This document shows positions 24,786 to 40,339 of a DNA stretch of 64,000 bases, piece by piece. The stretch's first letter is position 1; every line of letters begins with the position of its first letter. A program made the translations under genes and the position numbers. Location of the stretch: NCBI GenBank assembly GCA_951406725.2, contig OX597818.1, forward strand, positions 133,734,001 to 133,798,000, in the 5' to 3' direction. The DNA is from Octopus vulgaris (taxonomy: Eukaryota). The notes beneath the pieces are model-generated. The model did no database searches. It was not told the origin of the DNA and saw only the letters and a program-made list of their open reading frames with translations.

Positions 24786-27700
24786 GCAAAGATATAGTGT
24801 GCCAATTCTAAAACTGGACTATAGAACTTCTGGTTGCTAATCAGTAGTGTGTCACGGTAAAGATAACCAGTACTGTGTGACTATTAATCTCTATATATAT
24901 GCAAGTGGAGTGACATTATCAGGAAGATTAACTCTGCACTATTCATGTATACTACTCATTCTGTGCAAATACAAAATATTTAAATGGTGTCTCATTGACC
25001 CAATGGTTTATAGGACTTACTACCTGAAGAATTTCACAGATAAACCAAAGTTTTGAATTTAAATAACGTAATCTGTTGTGAAATCACCAATAATAGTGAG
25101 ATTTTCCAGTGCTGAAAACTAAAAGTTATTTCCTCAGTCTCCTCTTCCCCTTCTCTTTATTTTTTTGTTTAACAGACAGCTATATATATTCTGAATACCA
25201 ACAAACATTTAAATAAAGCACTTAGATTGAAGATTGTAAAGAAACTTAAAAAAACCAAAATCTTATTTTTCTAATTACAATGATAATTAAAGATTTTTAA
25301 TCTTTTCAAAGCTATAAATGCCCAAAATTTACATTTACAAAGATTTTTGATGATATCAGGTGCCTTCAATATAGGAAAATAGTAAAAGAGAAAAAAAAAA
25401 CACAGTAAAATTAATTTCCTTTAAACCATTTCAAAATGTCGCCCAACCAATGCAGAATGAAAAGAAGCAGTGGACTCAAATATACATTTGAAACAAAAAA
25501 TATAATAATAACAAAACAAATACTGATCCAGCTTATATCCACTGCATATTTTAATCCTTTCAATTTGATGGAAATCTTGATAAATCTATCAAATTAAATG
25601 AGTGTAGGAAAGTTAAAAATATGAAATTAAAGTTAGTTAGCAACTGTCAAAATTGCTTTATTTGTGATGATGGACACTATCAAAAGAAGATAATTAAGAG
25701 ATATTCAAAGCAAATCATCTTTACTTTATATCAGTCAAATGGATAGTTACATTTCATGATAATTTCTTAATTCTGTTGCCATATCATTTATATTAAGAAA
25801 TTTGATACTGAACAGATAATGCCCTACCTACCTCCCAACTTTCCTCACCAACATTAAGCTAACTATAAATAAAATAACATACTCTGGTAAGTCTTGATTT
25901 TTATAATTTAATTTTTGTTTTTAACAATGAATACACAATTTGTGTTGCTTCTCACTGTAACATAAACATTTTCTTGTTGGTAAAATCAAATCATTTAAAT
26001 TTATTAAAACATGGTCAATGTTGCATGCTGCCAACATGAAAAAAGATTAGTTGAAATGTATGAACAACACATATTAAGACATTTAGTTACATAATTCAAG
26101 AGCCATAAATTTTGTTATAATTTTTATTTTTATTCAATGATCTTTTTTTTTATGTCATATTTTATTGGCTATTTCTATATTTTCATTCTTGTAATATAAA
26201 ACAAAATCTAATTAGTTGCATGCAGCTATTTTAAACAAGCTTTGATTACACTGTTTCCCTCTGTTTTTATGTAGGATATGATGAATATATCAACTGTTTT
26301 GCATGTTTTCTTAATGCCTATCTTACCAACACATAATTAAAACTATTGCGACTATGACATCATTTCTTCACAGTCAAACACACTTAAAAATATGTTATGA
26401 TTTTCACACAAACATGAAGTAACTGATATTGCTCCTGTCCCTTGGAGATTCAATACATCTTTATCAACTCATAAAGAGAAATTACAAAAGTAATAGATGT
26501 TTTTTCTTCTTTGTTTTTTTTTTTTTTGTTTTTTTTGTAACTTAGTCAGTCCTACAAAATACATAGTTTTTTTCTTTAACCAGCCCAGAAATACAACCCT
26601 ATGAAACTTCTCTCTTTGTTGTTGTTTTCCTGATAAACATCAAACTCCAAAACTCCAAACTGAACAACACCCACATAAGAGAGTCTACAAAATCTACAGA
26701 CATAGCTTCTCTTGTAAGATAATTTATTTTTAAAAAAGTACAAATATAATCTCTCCTCATTATTAGAGAACTGAGCTCCAGGCAACTCAAATAAATGACC
26801 AGGTTTTTGTTTGTTTTGTTTGTTTGTTTTTTGCTTTGTTTTTTGCCTCTTTGTTATTTTCTTGATTTACATTACTAAGTTCTTTAAGATTGCCAGTTGA
26901 TATGATTAACACCTCTCCCTTGCAATGTCTTCATAATTTAGAATAGAAACAAACTCTGTTTTACCCTATGGGACTTAACTGCAGTTTAAAGTAAGGCCTG
27001 GAATAGAAATTTAACAAATTTTATAGCCAAGGAATTACTAAGACACATCTTGGTGATGTGATTCCTATGATTGCTGCTAACACTACGACTATCACTACTA
27101 CTAATAGTAAGAATTTCTAATTTAAGCACAAAGCCAACAATTTTGAGAGGAAAAAGCTAGTTAGTATCATCAACCCCAATACTTTATTTTATTAACCCCA
27201 GAGAGATAGGAGGCAAAATTCACCTTGGCAGGATTTGAAATCAGAATGTAAAATGTCAGCCAACCAAACCGTTCTGCTAATCCACTGTTCTACAACTCTT
27301 ACTTATCTTATTGAACTTGGAGAGAGGAAACAGCATACATAACTTAAGCAAGATGTAAGAAGAATTAAATAGATAAAATTAATAATTTATTATGCTCTTC
27401 TGCCACTTAACAACCCTTTCACACAATATCATTTCCCATCTTCATATTTCTGACTTATGTCAAGGAAAACAAAAGACATTATTCTTAGAATTTTTTATAC
27501 CATTAGGCACAAGGCCTGAAATTTGAGGAGAGGGGATAGCCAATTACACCAACCCCAGTTCTCAACTGCTACTTATATTATTGACACTGAAAGAAATGAA
27601 AGGCAAAGTCACCTTAGGCAGATTTGAACCCAGAACATAAAGCCAAAAGAAATGCCACAACGCATTTTGTCCAGTATTGTAACAATTCTACCAACTTGCT

Positions 27701-30700
27701 GCCTTTGGGGCCAGATTGTGATGTTATTGACTTTTTCCACTGTCCTCTGAGTGACTCTATCACTAACATTCTCTACTACTTCTTGTAATTTACAAGTATT
27801 TCACAAAACACATGGTTTCTATATAAAAAGTAAAAATGAAATTAATTGTGCTCAGTTTTATCAAGCATTTGTTTTGCAATAGTTGTCTTTATATCAACTC
27901 CATCAACTGAGCTTTTGGTTTCAGCTATTTTGTTGCTCCCTTGATAAGTGTGTTTCAGTACAATGTATCTACTTCAACAGAAACTGACATTATCCTGATA
28001 TCATGCTAAACAATTTAACTAAGAGTGTGATCAGGGCTTGCTCAAACTAACCTGGGCAATACTGAGCATCTCTGAAAAAGAAAACAAGAAAAAAAGGACA
28101 ATAAAGCTACTATCACAGTTACTTTATCTACATGTACAGTTTAAATCTGTGTAGCTCGTTCAACAATTTTATAGAGTAAAAATGTAAATTAATATAAAAT
28201 TACAGTATAGGAATCGAAATATAGTTTCAAAGCATCTAAATTGAGATGTAATTATAATTCAGACACAAACTATAGTAATATACAACAATTACTGTTGGCA
28301 ATTATAGAAAATACCATACAGCATATTAAGTAGTGAATAAATTCTGTTTATGTAAAACTCTCTTTAACTTGATATTTTATAACAAATTTTCTTTCACAGA
28401 GTGACTAAATACATTTACATACACACAATTAATGTCTATGAAAATTTACAAATTGAAATTTGACATGAAGCTGTAAAACTAGAAAGATATGTAAAACAAG
28501 AAAGATACCATTGCACTCATTAAAAACACATAAACACTGCTATATTCATTTTTACTCTTTTTTTTTATTAGTTTATGATAATAATATATATTATTACCAA
28601 AATCATTGTACATGAATGACATGATCACCACTGTTCTACCTCTCTGTTTTCAACTATGACTTAGTACTGACACTTTACTACACTGTATCTGGGATTTGAT
28701 GAATTAGCATAATATCAGTATTGAGGTTGCAGATATACAATAAAAGACTATGGAACTTAATAATATATAATATTATTGCATAATAAAATAATAGTAAATA
28801 TAATTTTAATAGCCAGAATGATGATTCTACCATGAGAAAACTGTTTTAGTCTCAACACAAGATCACAGATCAAATCACTTGCTATACATATGCAACTTAG
28901 GAGAAAGATATACACTAAGAATAACCTAAACATGTTAATAAGTGTTTATTATAATACCTAATGACAATAATTTGTCTTAAATGAGAAACTGGAATTTAAA
29001 TTTTCCAGGCTGTTAAATTATATTTTGTATTTTTAGTTTAACCCTTTTGATACCAACCTACCTGAGACTGCCCCAGGTTCTATGATAGAAAATTTATGCT
29101 TTAAAGTAATCTAATTTAAAACTTTCCATCAAAATTTCATAGTAATTCATGTTCCAAACACCAGCTTAACAACGACAAAGTTATTTCAATAAATTCTTCA
29201 TTATTTTCATAACTGTCTGAAATAAGTGCAGTGTATTTCAACAGAAATATGGCAATGGATAGGATAACAATATTTCATTCAGCTTAATTTTCAATCCTTT
29301 ACATATACTCTATTCTACTATATATATAATTTTCCAAGCCAGGTTTAGCCTTTGAAATTTTATTAAAGTGAAAGGCTTTAATATTCTTCAAAACTAAACT
29401 ATATCATAGTGATCTAAAATCTTAAACAAAGAAAAAATTATTTAAAATATAAGATTAACAAACCAGAACATTTGAATAACTGATACAACTCATTTCTAAA
29501 AAATAAATATGCAATATTGAAATGTATCAGGTATAGTGCTTTACAGTCCAAAGTGTAGTATCAATTACTAAAAAAGTTCCATATGAAACAACAAACTTTT
29601 ATATTGTTAGATTGAAATTAGAATCAACTGAAAAATCTCCAAGAAGTTATGATTATATCAGGGCTTGTAATAAGTTTGTTAAAAAAAACTACAAATTCAA
29701 TCAAATCACATCTAAAAAAAATATTGATGTAAGACTCCAAAAATCCCAAGAAATTATACTTAAGCAATAATAAATAACTCAGATTTTAACAGGAGATTTT
29801 TCTAATTTAACATTTCTATAGGAAATATTACATCATTTAATTATAAATGACAGGAAAGCAACTGCAATGTGAAACTACAAAGATAGGCAGTTCTAAATAA
29901 TTTATTCAATACCATTAGTAGCCTTACACATTTAAGCATTCTTCATTTATCTGAATTTCAATATTGTCTAAAAATTAATTAATTAGTTCTAATTTAATTT
30001 AGCCAGGAACAAAAATGACTAGTTTATCACTATGTCTTCTTTTCCTCCTATTGATGACTAAGGTTGTTTCAACACTTCTATTTGATAAAATACTGGTAGC
30101 AAAGCAGGAAGGAGAGGAAGATCTCAGTAAGTGAAGTTCTAGAAGTCTGGGAGTAATTTGTGAAACCTCTTTTCCATAAATGATGATAAAATATTTCTCT
30201 GAAAACACAAAAAGCATACAAAATATTGCTTGAACCTCGTGCTATTTGACACAGTAATGACTATTTGGGCAGAAGGTTGACTTCATACAATTGGAAAGTT
30301 GAGAGTTATATAATGGATTAGCTATGTCAAACAAAGAGCATGTTTAGGCCAGCCAAGAAAATGTTTTAAAATTAGCCCTTTAGCATTTAAATCTGCAAAT
30401 TCTGATCTCTGTAAAGACAGCACTATTTGTTCAAACTATCCATAACTGGTCTTGTTGACATATTAGCTTTAGTAGCTGGATATTCTCACAAAATCGCTAA
30501 GGCAGTTGCAAGCTTTCTTAGGTTTTTATTTTTCTGAAGGTCAACAATTTTTTATGTGAACACATCAACAAGTTTAGCACCAAACAGCTAACCTTTAGAA
30601 GACAGTGGGTAGTATGCTTGTTCTACTAAAATTAATAGTATAATTAAGAAACCGAATTCAAAAGACAGATAACAACCAAGCAAAATAAAGATAAATACAT

Positions 30701-32814
30701 GAAATTAAGTAGCAACATATACAGTTTTAAAGGTGATAGGAACAAATCCAGAAAAATGGAAGATTAATTATTTGTAGTCCAGACTAACTCATTTAATAAA
30801 TGTTACACAGAAAAAAAAATAGATGGAAGAGTGATTATAGATTACAAAGAGAAAAAAAAATCAAGAAATATATATAGACTTTATAAATATTTTTTTCCTT
30901 AATTTCAACTTGTGAACATTAAAAAATAACAGAACAGAAACAGAGTGAAAACTTCCTTTAAAAAAGTGGTCCTCAATGTTGTTATATTATAGAATAAATT
31001 CATTTCGAAAAGAAGCAAAACTGTTTCTTAAGTAAATAAAGAGAGCCTGTAACTTGACATAAAACCATGTCTCCCAATGAACAGTACAAAAATATGAGCA
31101 TTATAAACGTACTGGCAGAGTCAACATGATATTGAGCTGGTATCTTGTCAGTGATACTCTATTGTCTATGACCAAAATATTTAACACTTGCTGGATTGTC
31201 TGTCCACCTTTAAATAGGAGCCATGAAATTGCCACAACTTTTTTCTGTAAGTAATGCAGTAATTACATAATTACTTGAGAGATCACAAGTTAGTCATGCT
31301 AAATACTAAATACAAGGTCTTATATGGGATTAGGTTGTGATAATAGTGCTTACAGAACTGGTTTTTAGTAATTAATCTAGCATAGCAAAATATACTTGAT
31401 ATGAATGAATTTAGTGTTAGCAAAAGAGTTATGTATACGTTTACAGGAAAACCTGAATAAAATTTTTAATAAATTCATTCAAAGTTCTAGAAATTTTAAT
31501 TTGGGTATCCTACGATTTTAAGCCCTTGTCTTTTTACTGCATAATGACTCTTCTAATTAGTTTAATACTAATTCCTATTGATTTAAACAAGTAGTTCTCA
31601 TCTCCTGGTCAAAATTATTGCCATAATTATTGACACAAAAATACACATGTCAATGCATAAAGCAAAACTTTCTAATGCTATATAACAAGTAGCTAAAATG
31701 AAGATAAAACCAACATAATGTAATGCATGAGTCATTTGTGAAAGCATTTAAGGACAGAAAGAGCCAATTCAGAAGATCAATTCATTGAAAATATCAGGTG
31801 TTTTAAATCTCATTACTGATTTAAATCATGTAACTCTTCAGCAATATAAAACTTCTCTTAAGGAGAGAAATTTTAATGCATTTTACAGTGGAAGACACAA
31901 AATCCATAAAACTGTCAAGAAGTGCATTAATGATTACGGGATAAAACTCTATAAGAAGTCCAAAAAGAACTCAAGATACAGTTTGGCAAAAATGCACACA
32001 ATAGCTTAAAGGTGATTGGAGATATTCGAATGATTACTACTTCTTTCAAAAAGTTGTTTGATCAACAGCTAAAAATATAAGGTTAGTTGAGGAGACAATC
32101 AGAGGAAAAAGTTCACTGTTTAATCAGTCAAAATATTCCATGTTGATTATATTTTAAGCTTTTATGAATTGCTCAAACTTTACAAGTTACTAAAAGTTTT
32201 AAACTCCTCATTAAAAAATCTCAGTTTAAGTTTCTTTAACCAGAGCAATTTCTATACTCTTTGCTACTTTACATACATATACAAAGATAACCCAATTATA
32301 AATAACTTAATGAAAAGATAAATAAATTATAAACACAAAGATTCAAGGAAAATTGAGCAGATCCTCATCAGTCAAAGATAACTCAGAAAGCAAAATCTAA
32401 AATTTAAGTTTTAGTGGACCATAAGAAGAATGAATACATAATGCTTCAGGTAAAGCCTTTCACTGGATAATGTAACAGTGTCTCTCTTCAGGATGAAATG
32501 AAGGACTCTCTACAAAATGAAGTCTTTGGGTGAAGGACTAACTCTAAAAAACTATATATCTCTTCTCCTCTGAACATACTTGAACAACACAATGTTAGCT
32601 TCTTACAAGTTAAAGCATTGAAGGATGCAATAACTCTTAGATATTTTTGTTTTGGTGTGTGTTCACTGTTTTAAATCCGTTGCATGGCTGTAATTGTATA
32701 TTTGTAGGAGGAATTATTTGAGAACAAATCCACTGATGTGAAAATGTGCACACAGACCAACTGATATTGACCAGCACACTACCAATTCTACAACCCACCA
32801 ACCATAATAATAAT

Positions 32815-33300
32815 AATAATTTTTCTACAATAGGTACAAGGCCTGAAATTTTGTGGGAGAGGACTAGTCAATCACATCGATTTCAGTACTCATATACTAC
32901 TTATTTCATCAACCCCAAGAGGATAAAAGGCAAAGTCAACCATGGCAGAATTTGAATAATAATAATCCTTTCTATTATAGGCACAAGCCTGAAATTTGTG
33001 GGGAGGGAGCTGATCAATTACATCGACCCCTAATGCTCAACTGGTAGTTATTTTATCAACCCCAAAAGGATGAAAGGTAAAGTTAACCATAACAGAATTT
33101 GAATAATAGCAGTCCTTTCTATTACAGACACAAACCTGAAATTTTGGGGTAGGGGTCTGATCAATTATACTGAATTTGAATAATGATGATAATAATAATA
33201 ATGATAATAATAATTTTTTCTAACTTTTGGCACAAGGCCAGTAATTTCAAGTGAAGTGGAAGTCAATTACATCAATCTCAATGCTCAACTGGTACTTTCT
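32815..33300 (-). repeat. Tandem cluster of degenerate Deu/Nin-like SINE fragments separated by (AAT)n
   Basis: About four partial units sharing GCACAAGGCCTGAAATTT and AAAGTCAACC..AGAATTTGAA motifs. Confidence 0.65.
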
Positions 33301-33640
33301 AACATATGACAATATTTCTCTAAAAGAAAAGGAGAAACTTCCAAAATACAAAGATCTGGAAAAAGAGGTAACTCCAAAGTGGAGCCTAAAAACAGAAACA
33401 ATTCCTATCATAGTAGGCACATTAGGTATGATAAAAAAAATACTCAGACAAATACATAACAAAAGTACCTGGACTTACAAGTATATATAATATACAGAAA
33501 ATAGCACTACTAGGCACTGAACACACCCTATGTAAAACACTTTCAATACACTGAAAATAAGAGCATCACAACAAACCACAGTACATACCCAAAGCACACA
33601 GAGCAGCCCTCAGTAGTACAGTGAAAGCACGTGATAAAAA
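33300..33640 (+). mobile_element. R4/Dong-clade LINE 3' relic (RLE endonuclease C-terminus)
   Basis: DNISLKEKEKLPKYKDLEKEV...WSLKTETIPIIVGTLG...IQKIALLGTEHTL contains the EK..KY.DL and PIIVG.LG motifs of RLE-type non-LTR elements. Confidence 0.75.
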
Positions 33641-36600
33641 TACCACCACCACCACCACCAACATGACACATGACACAGAATGTAATAATACTGGCCCTTT
33701 GAAATACAGGTACAACTCATTTGGGCCAAATGAGTGAACTAGAGCAACATGGAATAAAGTGTCTTGCTCCAGGCCACAATGGGTCATCAAGCATCGTACT
33801 CATAACCTTAGGATCACAAGCTGAATATGCTAATCTCTAAGCCATGTGACTTCACACAATAACACAACAGACACAGCACACAGAGGATATTTACTTGGTA
33901 GATAAAACACTAAATAGCTATGACTAATTACTAAAAATTTTTACTAGATAATCATAGGAGTAAGTCAATTTGGCATCATTTAAACCTTTAACATTCAAAT
34001 TATTCTGTTAAATGAAATACTTATTTCTTCACAATGTTTTATAGTAAGCATGACTTATCTTATAGCTTCAAGATTTTGATGGTGTGGTAATTTATTTTTA
34101 GAATAATATTGTAGGGTAGGTGTGAAAGGCCAGATATGACCACTTTGAACATAAAATAGGTAGAATATTTTGGCCAGATATAGTCAGATTAAATGCTAAA
34201 GAGTCAAATATTGTTTCTATCACTGGCACAAGACTGAAGTCAAGTGACACCAGCACTTGATTGGTACTTTATTTCATGAACCCCAGAGATTTGAAAGGCA
34301 AAGTTAACATCAGTGGAATTTGAACTCAGTCCATAAAGAGCAAAATAAAATAGGACAAAGCATTTTTTTCTAATGCTTTAAAGATGCTACCAATAATTAA
34401 CTGAAGTATCTCGAGTCTGATAAAGACTATTCTGCAATTTCTTGCTGAACAACCAACACAGATGATTTGTTTATAGACTCAAATGTTTGTGCTGTTCACT
34501 AGCTCACTCCCTCCATCAGATCGACACTGCTTGTACAGGTGCACTTTGTGACGCATGTGAGATGTTAAAGTGATTATGTGAGATGAAGTGTTTTGTTCAA
34601 GAATACAATGCACCACCTGGTCTGAAAATCAAACTCATAATCTTGCAATTGTGAATGCAACATCCTAGCCACTAGGCCACCCACCCTTACTACCAATAAT
34701 AACAATGATAGGATATGTAAAATTTTATTGTTGCTTCTGTCAGTTTAGCTTATGTTACAAAAGAACATTTCAATGAAGATAACATTCTAAAATCTTAAGC
34801 TACTGATTTCTCTTATATCATTATTTTAATTCTTTTGAAAGTAAATTTATCAGTAGAGATATATTTTTTAAAATGTACATGATATGATAAAAAAACATTA
34901 GTTTTAAAAAAATGTATTCAAAATTGCTATCACATTTTGTCAATAAATATAAGTTGCATAAAACTTTTGCAGGTAAAAAATTTATTTTATATATCAAAAA
35001 CTTTTACAAAACAAATTTCTTTTCATAAACAAAATCGATTTTAAATACATATGGACATGAAGGTGGATATTGTAGATAGAAAAACAGCTTTAAATCTTCC
35101 TGAAGTCTAAAATTGGTGAAAGCGAGAGAGAGGCAGGTCAACATGGAGAGTTTGGTGTTGGACAGGAAGAATTACAAAATATTTGTAATCATAGTAACAA
35201 GAGTAAACAGAACAGTTTCTTTAGCAACAAAGTTCAACAACCCAGAAATTTTAGACTAAAATCATAGAAGAATTCAAGCAGAATGAGAGATTATAACTAG
35301 CACAAATACCTTCACTAATCTCTGACCAGTAGTATTATTTTCAGTCTTAGAAAACCAAAATGCCTGCTGAAGCACAGTTAAGATCAATAAAGTGACATGA
35401 GATTGTCTGCTGGCATCAAAATTTCTCATGCTTGTTGGTGATAAAAATGGTATTTTATGGTGACATTGTAACTATTCATTTCACAGTAATGTTGTTTATT
35501 AGTGTGTTAGAAAAAAATAAAATAATGCATGCTGAAATCAATTGTAAAAACAACAAACATTTTTTTAATGCTATTATTTTTTGTTCTTTTTCTGCTTTTC
35601 TTTTCATAATAAAGGTGTGTGAAAATACACATCATGAATCAAATTTATTTCATGCAATTTTTTTTTTTTTACCATTTCTCAGTTGAGCTAATGGGGGAGT
35701 TCCTTTCTACATAGCTACTTGACCTGCTCATTGTAGAAACCAAATCTTCCTTAAAATAAATTATACTCTCTGCAATATTTAAAAATGAAGAATACGTGTC
35801 ATAAGTCTTAAATCTTAGGGGCAGCATGTCTCACAAGAAAAATGTGATGAATGAACATGGCTAGAAATATTGAGAAAATGCTTAATTTGATTTGCTTCTT
35901 CTGCACTATAATTCTTACTCAAGGAGAACAACAGAACTTATTCTTTTCTCCCAGTGCAATATAAACAATGTAATTATTATGAGGTACAAATATTGATTTA
36001 ACAAAAACATATATGATGATGAAAATGGTTCAAGAGTTGTAATTGACTGCATCACTAGAGTGCTGGCCTGCAGGACAAATATTAGCAGCTTGTATCTTGA
36101 CACTAACAATATACAAATACTGAATTGATAGAGTGGTGGATAACTGCCCAAAGGAATCTGATCTAGTAAGAGAAGTAGTATAACAACTGAGAAGTAGAAT
36201 CAACATAATGCCAAACTGACTGCTAATGAATTGGTAGCTCATATTATGTCACCATATCGACTCAGGTTTGAAGTTGGGGTTGTCCCTTTCTTATGCAAAT
36301 TCCCAACCAATACTGATGAATGCAACCTCCCTATTTGGTTATACTGTTGGCTGTTCAACTGTGCCCTTATATAGTGAGTCCCGTGAAAATGTGAGGGAGG
36401 TGGAGGATCATGTGCACAATTTTCTTGAGTAAATGGGATGTCAAGCCCAAGCCTCACCTTAACACATACTTTCAAACTAAGTGTTATATGATGCATAAGT
36501 ATATAAATTTATATTTTTCTCATCTATGAACCAGAAGCTACAAATGTATGGTGCTTCCTTCAGTTGCCATAGTTCAGGATTTTGATAGGAAAAACATTTT

Positions 36601-37184
36601 TATGCCTTTTGGAACACTTTCACTGATATCAAGGTCTATATTTGGTATATCTATGAACAAGTACTTGAACCAGGATTGAACTCATACAAAATTAGGCTTC
36701 AAAGTTTGGCAAATCTATTTTCTCATATGAATGACACTTTTACTTTGTTTTAAGGCAGGGAGTAGCACACTAAAAAATGTGAAACTTTTCATACAGACAA
36801 TCGTCAGGATTGGCAATCTCAGTAATTAGTCGAAAAATACCATATTATATTAGGCAACTCAGGTGGGGTAGGAATAGTGACAGTGCCAGAATTATGTTGG
36901 TAGACATTTCTCCTCAATCTTAATTTCTGGGGAATAGCATAAGAAGAATATCCTATACAATTGATATATTTTTCATTAAGACACAACAGGAAATGTATTA
37001 CAGATATATTAGACACAGTAAATTTTTGCTTTTAATTATCTCCATAAGCTCATTTACAAAATTTTGTTCACAAACTGAAAAGGAAATTATCAGTAATAAA
37101 AATGTGTAAAAGAAAATTACTTCATACTTTTATTATAAATATTACGATCTTATATGAAAGAAAAAAAAAGAATAAAAGAAAGAT

Positions 37185-37770
<586 letters not shown>

Positions 37771-38512
37771 TTAATTTACACTGTATTGATGAAGTTGATT
37801 AATTCGTTATTTCAACTTTGTTATTGGAATATAATACTATTAAATATACGTTATTAGAGGTATTGGCATTTTCTGCTTAAACTATAAATTAAATTGTATT
37901 GATAATGGTGATGGAAGGTTGGTGGTAATTTTTATTGCCTTCATAATCATCACTGTGAGAACATAGATGGCCAACCAACCAAAAAGTTTGCAGTTCACAT
38001 CCTGACACTGTCACTGAATTGTGTCTCCATGGCCATGACACTTAATTCTCAAATAGTCAAGCCAACCTAGCTGTAAATAGGTACTGCAGGGCAGGAATAA
38101 TTCACCAATTCACTTGCATAAGCAGCAGTAATATAACATTCCTAGGTGGTTTGTTAGTTTACAGTACTGAGTTGAAGTTCTCTAGTGGGTCTAGAGAAAC
38201 CAGTTCAAAAATTAAGCCTTTGACTACAGCACACCAGTCTTATCTGCCCTACTCTTCCCTTGAAGCTCAACTGTGGATCTGATGATAAACTATATGTGTG
38301 GCTAGCAAGAAATAGGCAATCCCATGTTAAAGTTATTATGCACAGGTACCTACTATTATAAGAGTATCCTCTTCAACCACTGAAAATTGTAACTAACCAT
38401 TAGTGATACTAGTCAAAAACTTATGAGAACACTCATATGACATTTCTTTATTACATTTTGCTTGTAGCCAGGTAAATTTTGCAGGTGGAAAAAGTGTGAA
38501 GTTGTGGCATAC

Positions 38513-38928
38513 AGACGCAAGAGTGGCTGTGTGGTAAGTAGCTTGCTAACCAACCACATGGTTCCGGGTTCAGTCCCACTGCATGGCATCTTGGGCAAGT
38601 GTCTTCTGCTATAGCCCCGGGCCGACCAATGCCTTGTGAGTGGATTTGGTAGACGGAAACTGAAAGAAGCCCGTCGTATATATGTATGTATATATGTATG
38701 TGTGTGCGTGTTTGTGTGTCTGTGTTTGTCACCCTAGCATTGCTTGACAACCGATGCTGGTGTGTTTACGTCCCCGTTACTTAGCGGTTCGGCAAAAGAG
38801 ACCGATAGAATATGTACTGGGCTTACAAAGAATAAGTCCCGGGGTCGATTTGCTCGACTAAAGGCGGTGCTCCAGCATGGCCGCAGTCAAATGACTGAAA
38901 CACGTAAAAGAGTAGAAGAGTAAAGAGT
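38513..38928 (+). mobile_element. tRNA-headed SINE with internal microsatellite and (AAGAGTA)n tail
   Basis: A box TGGCTGTGTGG, B box-like GGTTCAGTCC, internal (TA)/(TG), GGTGCTCCAGCATGGCCGCAGTC...GACTGAAAC tail. Confidence 0.88.
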
Positions 38929-39256
38929 ATACATATTACTCCTAATATTTTTAGTAATGTAAGTAGAGTAAAACGACTTCAACCAAGAACCAAATATCAA
39001 GTTACATTTTCCTGTTTTCCAATGCAGACACAATGCTTAAGAGTTACCAGAGGAGAAATGAAATTGAGTAAAGTTTGTCATTAAAGGCATAAGAAGTATA
39101 AGGATAGTGGAGTAGTCACAACTGAGAAGCAAAATCAGATTGTGGTCTCAGCTTGCTAAGAACATTCCTCTACTTTACCAAACTTGTTAGAATTAGTAAT
39201 TATCAAAACATCTGCTGATTACTCCCTAAGTGTATTCAAGACATCACAGCTGATCA

Positions 39257-39417
39257 GTGAAGATGCCGACGACGACGCTTTGTTCAAAGCCTCCCTTGAC
39301 CTCAAGTGGCCTGAACTCTTTACATGAACACCACCCTGTACTTAACTCCATGTCCCCCTACATGGCCTTGCTATTTGCTTTTGAGCCAAATTAACTAACT
39401 AACTAACTAACTAACTA
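39257..39417 (+). mobile_element. CR1-group (TAAC)n-tailed short 3' fragment
   Basis: Near-identical to the 3' ~160 bp of the copies at 8993 and 23935. Confidence 0.85.
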
Positions 39418-39813
39418 CTGAATGTTCTGTTGTTTGTAATAGTGTTACTAGCATTCAAATAGCTTAATACATTAATCAAACATAATCATTACATTGGGGT
39501 AGTTTATGAAGAGGGATTGTATAAGTTTACAATTTGTGTAGTAAGCTACAAAATTCTTACATTCTCTTCATTTTCTGTAATTCAGACTGTCTCATGGTCC
39601 CCACAGACAAATGGAAAAAGTGTTGCCCTAGAAGATGGCAAGAGATATTCACTGGAACAATCACTCTGACTCACAGGGGTAACACTTGCAGATAGCTATC
39701 TCCACCCAATAGGAGTGAGTAGGGATATGGTCTGGGGGATAGGAATGTCAGAGGTTTTCACTGCCACAGGCTTGACCTGTCAGAGAACAACCAATACTAC
39801 AGATGAGAGGCCT

Positions 39814-40045
39814 AGAGGGGACAAACAAGGACAGACAAAGGGATTAAGTCGATTACATCGACCCCAGTGCGTAACTGGTACTTAATTTATCGACCCCGAA
39901 AGGATGAAAGGCAAAGTCCGCCGAGGCCGACTTTGCCTTTCATCCTTTCGGGGTCGATAAATTAAGTACCAGTTACGCACTGGGGTCGATGTAGTCGACT
40001 TAATCCCTTTGTCTGTCCTTGTTTGTCCCCTCTGTGTTTAGCCCC
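39814..40045. repeat. SINE-derived palindrome (105-bp arms, 10-nt spacer)
   Basis: 39814-39918 is the reverse complement of 39929-40033 with one mismatch; the right arm continues to the SINE tail AAAGAAATA. Confidence 0.92.
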
Positions 40046-40339
40046 TTGTGGGTAGTAAAGAAATATACTGTCATAGAACGGAAAACTGTCATACCGTCAG
40101 GTCTTTTATCACCCCCTCAGTCTAGTCCTATTTGCTCAAGCTGCAGTATCAAGGCTATGCTTTATGAAAGCACATCTTAGTACACCTAGTTGTAAATAAT
40201 AGCTATGGAACAGTAAGGAAACTTCTGCTGTGAACATGTGGTTTCTTAATTTATTTTATTTATACCCTGTCTTCATGACAATATATTTCATAAAGTTAAT
40301 AATGATACATTCCAGCCTTTGCTCTGGTGTCACAGTATA

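Noticed and set aside
36239-36496. 85-aa non-repetitive minus-strand ORF in a moderately GC-richer island (35.9-37.0 kb)
   Set aside because: No recognisable domain and no convincing acceptor; could be an old transposon relic or terminal exon but cannot be supported.
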